From contig OZ024742.1 of assembly GCA_964016885.1 (NCBI GenBank), positions 326,430,001 to 326,494,000 of the forward strand: a DNA stretch of 64,000 nt. The letters run 5' to 3'. Below, piece after piece: positions 54,942-64,000 of the stretch. The notes beneath the pieces are model-generated. The model saw only the letters and a list, made by a program, of their open reading frames with translations. It was not told where the DNA came from and searched no databases. Positions within the stretch are counted from its first letter, which is position 1. Each line of letters begins with the position of its first letter. The translations under genes and the position numbers were made by a program. This stretch comes from Eledone cirrhosa. Its lineage: Eukaryota.

Positions 54942-55830
54942 ATAATAATATCAAAATGATCTGTCTGTTAAAAAACAAAACAAGATAGATGAAGGAAATG
55001 TGAGTGAGGGCATTCCACGAAGAGTGTGTGTATGTCAAATCCCTGGGGGGAAATTTTGTGATTTAATAATGCTATTATTTGTTGACTGGGAATATCTCTA
55101 TATTTTATATGGTTAAAAGTCTACACATATATTTTTAGCATTTAGTCGATTAAAATATGAGATTCACTACCACCTAAATGCTAATTCTTCTGGGAATAGT
55201 TACTTACGATGTTTATTTTATTATAACCATGCTCTATATATCCATTGAATCGAAATTGTTATTTCTATACAAAACTTATATACCTTTCGCTGGTATATCC
55301 AAGTATTATATAGAAGTATCCAATTTAAATTCATTGAGTAAATAGAGATTCGACTTAAGCAAAGTATTTATATATGTATAGCGAAGATATGAAAATGCTT
55401 ATTTACCTGAACATTTCGTATATGATTTAATATACTAGCCCAGTCACGTGTCAATCGTGCTATGTCAGAGCAGCATCTACCTCTCATTTATTAGCGACTG
55501 CCATCTTTTGCTCTAACGAGGGTTAAACAACCAGAAACGGCGCTGTCATGGTGCTCTCCCTTGGTTGCTAAAGACTAGTAGTGAATTAATCACCACTTCT
55601 AAAATTTATAGTGTAATTATAAAATTGTTTATTTACATGAACATGATATACAACCCCAGTCATGTATCAGCCACGATGTGTCAAAGCTTGCCTACCTCGC
55701 ATTAATTAAAGCCTGTCAGCTCAGTATACAAATGAGCTTTGCGAACCGATGTTCATAAGCATAAAAGCTATAGGATTTTAGTTTATTTCCGGTTTGCATC
55801 CAAGAAGAAGTTAGCCCCTTTGACATCAGT

Positions 55831-55865
<35 letters not shown>

Positions 55866-55867
<2 letters not shown>

Positions 55868-56076
55868 ATGAATGGACCTGTTATTTTTATCTAAAGACAT
55901 TTTTCCCAATTCCACCCAACCCGTCCCTTCAATCTATCTTATTTCTAATTCTTTCTTCTGATGTAGGACTAGCGTCCAAAACGTTAAGACCCTCTTCCTG
56001 CTATTTCAAGCGTTAACCTTATCTATTCCTCCCATATACTGTACCGATTGTGTTGTTATTTCTGTTTACCTTTTAC
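55866..56076 (+). mobile_element. Family H6 element (degenerate hammerhead at 55954-55989)
   Basis: TCTT-CTGATGT-AGGAC(TAGC)GTCC-AAAACGTT-AAGA; between (TA)n and (CA)n. Confidence 0.78.
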
Positions 56077-56085
56077 ACACACACA

Positions 56086-56205
<120 letters not shown>

Positions 56206-56956
56206 GTAACTCCATAGAATCATTAGATAAAATATATACAGTATTTCCTCTCCCAATCACCATAAATACCATACAAAAAATCATTTAAACGAGGCTATAA
56301 GTTTAAAATATACTTAACAATAGATAAATGATATAGCTGTTTATCCGTGACTTATAGCTACAGAAAATTTACCTAGTATTCCTAATAGCCTGTAGAAATT
56401 GACTTAGACATATAGTTAACCATACATAATTAGGTATATATATATATATATAAGCACAGAGAGAAACAGGCTTCTGCTAAATCTTCACCTACAAAGTTTC
56501 ATTCAAAAAGTGTCAGTCAACCTGAAACTATGATATTAAACACATGGCCACAATGCCGCGCAGTGGAATCACAGCAGTTTCTATATATTTGCCTGGAAAG
56601 CGTCTTGGCTTAGGTAGACATAGCACAGGCTTGCTTTGGTCCCTTCACTGTTACAAATCCAAATATTATTACTTAATCATAACTTTGTCAATGACATCTT
56701 CAAAAAATAAATATTTACATTCCACTGTAGTCAGTTTCTAAACATACTATTACAGGACCTGCGTTGTATTTAATAAGAAAGCGTTGTTACTTAAGGACAG
56801 CTGTTTTATAAATAAAATATAGTTCTGCTCTGCAGTTTATAAATAATAGGCAATAGTGTTGTCAGCTAAATTATGTATAATATGCAACATCATCCATCTT
56901 AAAGCAATGCTTGTTTATATAACCTATATATATATATATATATATATGTATATGTG

Positions 56957-57033
<77 letters not shown>

Positions 57034-57582
57034 GGATACTTAGTAAAATCGAATCTCTGGCGGTTTGCAACCAAATTCGGCCTACTATATGATATGAGTT
57101 AGCAAAGCACTCGATAAGGTAGGTCCTTAGAGTAATAACATACGTTTAAATAGCCTGACAAATTGAGCATTGTGGTAGGCAAAATCTAACACACAATATA
57201 CCAAAGTAACGAAAGAACTAACAGGTTGAGAAAACTACACCTGGACAAATCAAACGTTATCCGTTTAAAGTGTTTCTATGAATCCGAAATCAAATATCAG
57301 ACTTACGTAACTGGCAAGCTCGTGGTATTCATGATCGAACAGAAGATTCAGTTCATCAACAGGTTTTCGTTCTACCAAAAGACGGGGTGAAAAGGGTAAA
57401 TGTTGCCGCTAAGCTGCAGCGTATCGTATATTTAGTTGTCACGTTATTTCCAGCAAGGGAAATAACCCCCGGTTTTTTGGCGGGTCATTCAAAATGTTAG
57501 ACAATGGAAATATTTTAATTTCCGCTAATCATCAGAATAAGCTCTCGACCAGATGTTATTAAACATATATATATATATATAT

Positions 57583-57662
<80 letters not shown>

Positions 57663-57687
57663 TATATATATGTATATATAAAATATA

Positions 57688-58198
<511 letters not shown>

Positions 58199-58284
58199 AA
58201 ATATATATATGATTCGAATTGAAAAATATATGTATACAGAGAAAGAGAAAGAGCCATATATCTTTAAAGAAACGTAGCATTTGA

Positions 58285-58371
<87 letters not shown>

Positions 58372-58611
58372 CACATAATAATTTAGGAAAGAAGTACTTA
58401 CTTTAAGCAGAGAGAGTTGTTAATTTGAATTATTGATGTTATGAACGTCTATTGAGCTTTTTTCTGCTGAGAAACATAATCATCATACATATTATATATG
58501 TTATGATACCTTCCTTGGTAGACACACACGCACACACACATAGATATATATACACATATATATATATACATATGAATTATGTGAAACATTAACATTTTGC
58601 GTATATATGTG

Positions 58612-58645
<34 letters not shown>

Positions 58646-58660
58646 GAGAGAGGGGGGGGG

Positions 58661-58842
58661 AGAAATAGAAATGGCTTCTACAGGACTATAACTGTTTCAT
58701 TCGAAGGAAATCATCGGGGCTTTCATGATTATTTCCTTCGAATAAAGAAGTTCTTATCCTGTAGTAGCCATTTCTATATTAATTATTTTTTATACTCTGC
58801 TATGTATTGAGTACCTTACTTACTCTGATTGAACCTGGGATC
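58661..58842 (+). mobile_element. Family H2 element (degenerate hammerheads)
   Basis: Fold-back 58665-58778; minus strand CCGATGA-TTTC(CTTC)GAAT-GAA-ACAG..CTGT-A|GAAGCC. Confidence 0.75.
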
Positions 58843-59507
58843 TATATATATATATATATAATACTGAAGTTTATGTATTCAAACATTTAACATATAATAA
58901 ATGAGTTCGAATGTTTAATATTGTAGCATGAACTGTTTCGATGTTAAACTACTCATTTAATGACTTATACTATTTGTCGCATTTGGCATATTCTTGTTCG
59001 TAAATAGTCGGAAGACGACTCCACTTGTCCTGTGTGCATTTAGTACTGTCCCTTGTGCACCAGACCCCGTTGTATCGATATTAAAGTACCGAAACAACGT
59101 GTCCCCAGCGATCGACTGATGAGATGGAGCTGTTTGTGTCTCGTTTGTTTTTCCGTTGTCTCCGCCCATATTTTTTTTTTAATTCATTTTGTATGATTTT
59201 AGCCACGCCGGACTTATATGTGTGTGTGAGAGAGTGAGAAAGTGAGAGAGAGAAGGGGAGTGAGAGAGAGAGGGGTAGGGGGTTTACGTGAGTAAATATA
59301 GAAATATTAATTTCCAATAGTTCAGATCAGGGTGATTTCAAATGTAATTAGAGAGAGAAAGAGAAGGAAAGAGGGAGAGAGGTGGGAGTGGAAAGGATAG
59401 GACCAGAGACAGAGAGAGAAATAGAGATAGAGAGAGAGATAGACAGAGAGAGAGAGAAAGAGAGAGACGGAAAAGGGGGTTTTACGTGAGTAAATATATA
59501 AACATTG

Positions 59508-59695
59508 TAGATTGGCAGTATCGGTAGAGGGTCGGACGCCATGCTTTGACGCATAGAATTACGGCCCTTGCCATTCTGAGTTCAAATCCCGCCGGGGTTA
59601 ACTTTGCCTTTCATCCTTACGGGGTCGATAAAATAAAGTACCAGTAATGCACTGGATATTTGCTGGCCTTGTACCTAAAAGTAGAAACAATTATA
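59508..59695 (+). mobile_element. SINE family A
   Basis: Near-consensus copy. Confidence 0.88.
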
Positions 59696-60382
59696 TTTAT
59701 ACAGATACACATACAAATATATAGTCACATATGAACATATACATACAGAAATAAAAAGTAGAGTGTCAATACTTTATAAACCTCTATAAATACCCAACGT
59801 AAATGGGTGATGATCACTATCTTTTATTCAAATATATCATGTTGTTAAGTAAATAGAAAACACACTAAGCTGATACTCTTTAAAGCTTAATTGCTTTATC
59901 ATCCAGCAATACCAACACCAATACGAATGTGCTTGGGTGATTGGTCCATCTAATTACCGCGTCATAGAAAAGTTTACCTAAGGCCGAAACCAATTGGAGC
60001 ATTGTAGAATCGATTTGTGTTCCGTTAAATCACTTAATGTAGCAAATTATATGGACCTCCATCGAATTCGAGGATGAGTTTTCCAGTTCAGTGATCAAGG
60101 GAACGACTTACTCGTTAAATTAACATGCTTAAAAATCCATAGACACGTGTATCCTTAATTCTCATCGCAATTCAGCTTTACAATACCTATATATCAGTTC
60201 TGATTTTGTTTATTTCTTTCAATTTATATATTTGTTTCAATATTACTTACAGTTATATATAAATATATTTATATATATAGTAGTAGTAGTAAAGGTAAAA
60301 TTGGATTGCGTTGACAGGTGGTATGCCTGATGCAATACTGATTCTTTGTTCCCTAATTCTTATTATCATTAATAATACAGCT

Positions 60383-60418
<36 letters not shown>

Positions 60419-60539
60419 AGCTGTATTATTAATTGTGTCAAACGGTCCAATAAATTTGTTGTTAGCAATATTAAGTTCTCCACGCTTTTGTATATCTCCA
60501 ATTCCATTTATGGGAACAGCTAGATGATGTAAAACGGAG

Positions 60540-60825
60540 TATATATATCAAAATAAAGATCCGAAGGCATGGTATAAATTTCCAATAATTTTAATCACGA
60601 CACATGTTTCAATAAGAGATAGATCGATCGTGTAGCTATGATCGATTATCACTGAACTCGTCAGGTGAAACGGAATTGTCTTCAAATCCTTGATATGAGG
60701 GAGAAAATTAACGGTGTTCACTCACAGAGTTTAATCCCTCATATGAGGGATTAAACTCCGTGGTTAAAATTATTGGAAATTTATGCCATGCCTTCGGATC
60801 TTTATTTTGATATATATATATATAT
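60540..60825 (-). mobile_element. Inverted-pLTR-like island (family H7)
   Basis: ~58 bp inverted repeat 60541-60599 vs 60759-60817, TA flanks, internal hammerhead. Confidence 0.72.
60595..60668 (-). ncRNA. Type I hammerhead ribozyme with long stem II (family H7)
   Basis: TCAC-CTGACGA-(..GATAATCGATC..GATCGATCTATC..)-GAA-ACATGTGT-C|GTGA; GUC site; base of stem II imperfect. Confidence 0.68.
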
Positions 60826-63272
60826 ATTCAAGCTTTGTCACAACATGAAAATATCCGGAATTGACTTCAATTATTCGTCGCTGTTCATTGAACCTTTTCT
60901 CTACTTTCGAGTGATTATAATATAGGAGAGAATCATGATATTCATATGAGGGTGTCATTGAGAGCGCGATAGAAAAATATATACAGTAGCCAATATGGAA
61001 TCTTTATTGATGACATAATGGAAATGACATACAATACAACGGTTGAAATTATGCACGATAGAATGAGCAATAGTTAGTTCTATGAAATAATGTATAAAAT
61101 TCCGTAAGAGAGCTCACTAAAGTACTATACAAATAGCATCTGTTCTTATATAACTATATATAAAGCAAACATAATATAGGAAGAAAGTCCTTGATAAAAG
61201 GTAATAATCATTTGCTGTTATAGTATGGTTATATAGAATGGATGAAAATGATGTATAGCTTAGTCCGTAAGAGGAGTGGTCACTGATGCACATTAGAAAT
61301 AGCAGCTTTTTTAATATAACAGTTGAATGGATTGCATGAGAACGTCCTTAGTACAGGTTAGAAATGTTTGTTGTAATATAGCTATATAGCATGGATGAAA
61401 ATTATGTATGATGTGTAAGGTCTCTTGAGCGCGATGTAGTAGCTGTTTTTATATAAGTAATGTATGAAAGATATCTCTGATAAACGGTAAAACGACAACT
61501 TTTGTATGATAATATAACTATGTAACATGGATGACAATAATATATATAATGCCATGTGTGAGGTCACTGGTGAAGAGTTTGTATTAGGCGAATGTAATGT
61601 ATGGGGGAAAGTAATAATTGTTGTTGTAATATAAAAGCCTTATTGATGACTTGATAGAAATCACCGTCGGAATATAACTATATATGACATGAAGAAACTG
61701 ATGTATAGTAATCCATATTTATAGTGAGATGAATGATAGAAATTAAAGTTGTTATATAACCATACAACACGGAGTAAAACGATATATTGTATCTTATATA
61801 GATGGGTTAATGGACCTCCGTCTGTTTTAAGGATAGTGTTGCAGTTGTTCGCTCAACATATTCGCTGAATTAAGGTATAGTTGGCTGAGTATTCCACAAA
61901 CACTCATGGACTCTTAACGTATTTCTGAGGGAGAATCAATGTTACACTGTGTGTGAGGAATTTGAATGAAAAATACAATCCATCTGGTGGGCTTCCAAGC
62001 AGTTTCCGTTTACCCAATTTCATTCACTGGCCGACGCCGGACTATAATAAAATACATTTCCCCAAGTTTTCATGCTGTAGGACTGAACCTTGTACCTCAT
62101 AGTTTGTATATCTTTTGAATTACAGCAAGTCCCATCTGACAGGCTACCAAAGAGTTCCTGTCTACCCATTTTCAGCCATATGGCTTAGATCAATACTTGG
62201 TTATGGATAAAATATAATTACCGAAGGTGCTGCGCAGTGTGATCAAACCCGGAACAGTATGATTGTAAAGCGAATACCTTAAGCTTTCGGCCATGATGCA
62301 TCTAATTATCACTATGTTGTATTGATGGTCAATGATAATAAAGGACAGAAATTACCTGCACGTGTAGCCACCTCAATAGCTTAGATTTAAAGAGTTTAAT
62401 TTTGTTTTCGTCTAAAACTGGATGCTTTGATCTCTGTTTACATAGTCATGAAAATAAAATAATAAAACAATAAAACTGTGTTTTAAATATAGTTTTAATA
62501 ATATCCATCATCTGTTGCTTTAATATATTAATCATATTTCCTTTATATTCGTGATTAATATTTTCAATTAATGAAGTTCACTAGTGACTATATGATTATG
62601 TGTGTACACGTATATTTCATTTGTTAGATATACATCTTTATTGCAAAATCTGCGCGCTTTCCTTGTTTGTGTTATCGTTGTTGTCGTTATCGTTCGTGTT
62701 CTTGTTACTGTTGGCGTCGTAATTGTTGTTCTTCTTGTTCCTGTTCTTTTATTATTGTTGTTGCTGTTGCTATTTTATGTTTTTTTCTAATCTATAGTAT
62801 TCTTTTGTTGTACTAGAAATACATCAGACTATCTACTCTTCAACGTTGATTCTGTGTTGCTAAAGGTCTTTACTCGGAATTTGTTAATTAATACGGTCTT
62901 TGCTATGTATTTGTTGTTATACTTTACATCGTGTCATTAAATATTCAACAACAGTTTCTTATTGTTATTGTTAGAATCCACTTAACATTATTGCTGTAAT
63001 TCTTGTTATTATCGTCGGTTGGTTTCAGTCGTTAGAGCCTTGGATATCTGCTCCGGCTCTCTTTGCCTTGAGCTCTAATTCTGCCATGTTCCAATATGCC
63101 TGAAGTCTTTTCAGGGTCGATAAAGGAAATACCAGCTATTGTAGTGCTTTCTTTCCAGCTGTGACATCTTGGGTGTTCCGCTGGAACAAGGAAATCCAAC
63201 TGAGATCCCCTTTGACTTTCATGCTATCTCGATCGATACAGAAAATACCAGTCCAGTGGTGATGCAGCCTCC

Positions 63273-63273
63273 T

Positions 63274-63364
<91 letters not shown>

Positions 63365-63378
63365 ACACCACACCACAC
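63273..63378. repeat. (CT)n/(CA)n microsatellite
   Basis: Seen directly. Confidence 0.95.
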
Positions 63379-64000
63379 CTTCCAGCTGCCACATCGTGAA
63401 TGTTTCTCTGAACCAAAAGCGGAAGGGTCTAGAGGGTGTCTTTGACTGCTCGCGAAAACATATGTAGACACCCGAAACCGTTAGAAAAGGGATGGTGCAT
63501 ACTACCAAGTAATACTCAATTGCGAGTGACGGCCGTAGTTTTCATTTGCTTGTTTGTTTTTTGTTGTTTTGACGTTGTTGTTGTCCCTGTATAAGAAAGC
63601 ATTGTAGCGAACCGTGTCTACTATGAAGCATTAATTCCCTTTCCCTTTACTGACGCTCTTACTGCTATTCGGAAAGGTATGAACACCGTAATTTATTTTT
63701 TATCACCCTCTCCGCCTAAAATATAACAGTGAAACAGTAGGAACATAGGAATTATTGAGGCTCTGCGTTAATAAATAAATAATATCCATTCATCCATTCA
63801 TCCATCCACGATCCCTTAAAACAGATGGAGTCGTAAGTGGTGGGTCAGTAATAGGACATACGTCTGGGGCATTTAAACCTGTGAGAGTCCAGCACTCACT
63901 ATGCCAGAACACAGCCAATTTCTTCCTGAGAGTATGGCAATTTAAAAGTGTTGTAGAAGAGTCGACCTCAGTATTTTATTGTATGAAATTACTTTATATT

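Noticed and set aside
57480-57540. Minus-strand CTGATGA followed by a hairpin
   Set aside because: No correctly placed GAAA, stem III or stem I
59085-59145. GAAAC..GTC followed by CTGATGA as a permuted hammerhead
   Set aside because: Stem I and stem II partners do not pair
63150-63270. Apparent splice acceptor and exon (TTTCTTTCCAG|CTGTGAC..)
   Set aside because: The downstream part matches a decayed SINE A core (CTTTGACTTTCAT..TCGATA..AATACCAGT)

Overview
This is AT-rich, microsatellite-saturated eukaryotic DNA; the SINE and LINE repertoire suggests an octopus/cephalopod intergenic or intronic region (inference). No host protein-coding gene can be supported, and most ORFs in the track are microsatellite translations. 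The window is a mosaic of transposable elements: more than 15 copies of one tRNA-derived SINE, a second tRNA-SINE family, several 5'-truncated RTE-clade LINE fragments (one with a twin-priming inversion), three Helitron loci (one with a RepHel N-terminal fragment, one a head-to-tail dimer), a small TA-flanked MITE family and a Penelope-like element (PLE) remnant with a GIY-YIG endonuclease. The most striking signal lies in the short islands (0.1-0.6 kb) embedded in (TA)n/(CA)n tracts. Many are inverted or partial-tandem repeats carrying type I hammerhead ribozyme folds (CUGANGA...GAAA...NUH). Seven mutually unrelated sequence families have a complete fold and three more have partial folds; several show compensatory base changes and palindromic stem III (dimer-type). 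The window looks like a dense collection of microsatellite-targeting, ribozyme-bearing PLE pseudo-LTRs or non-autonomous retrozyme-like elements. All folds were read by eye and none was computed.
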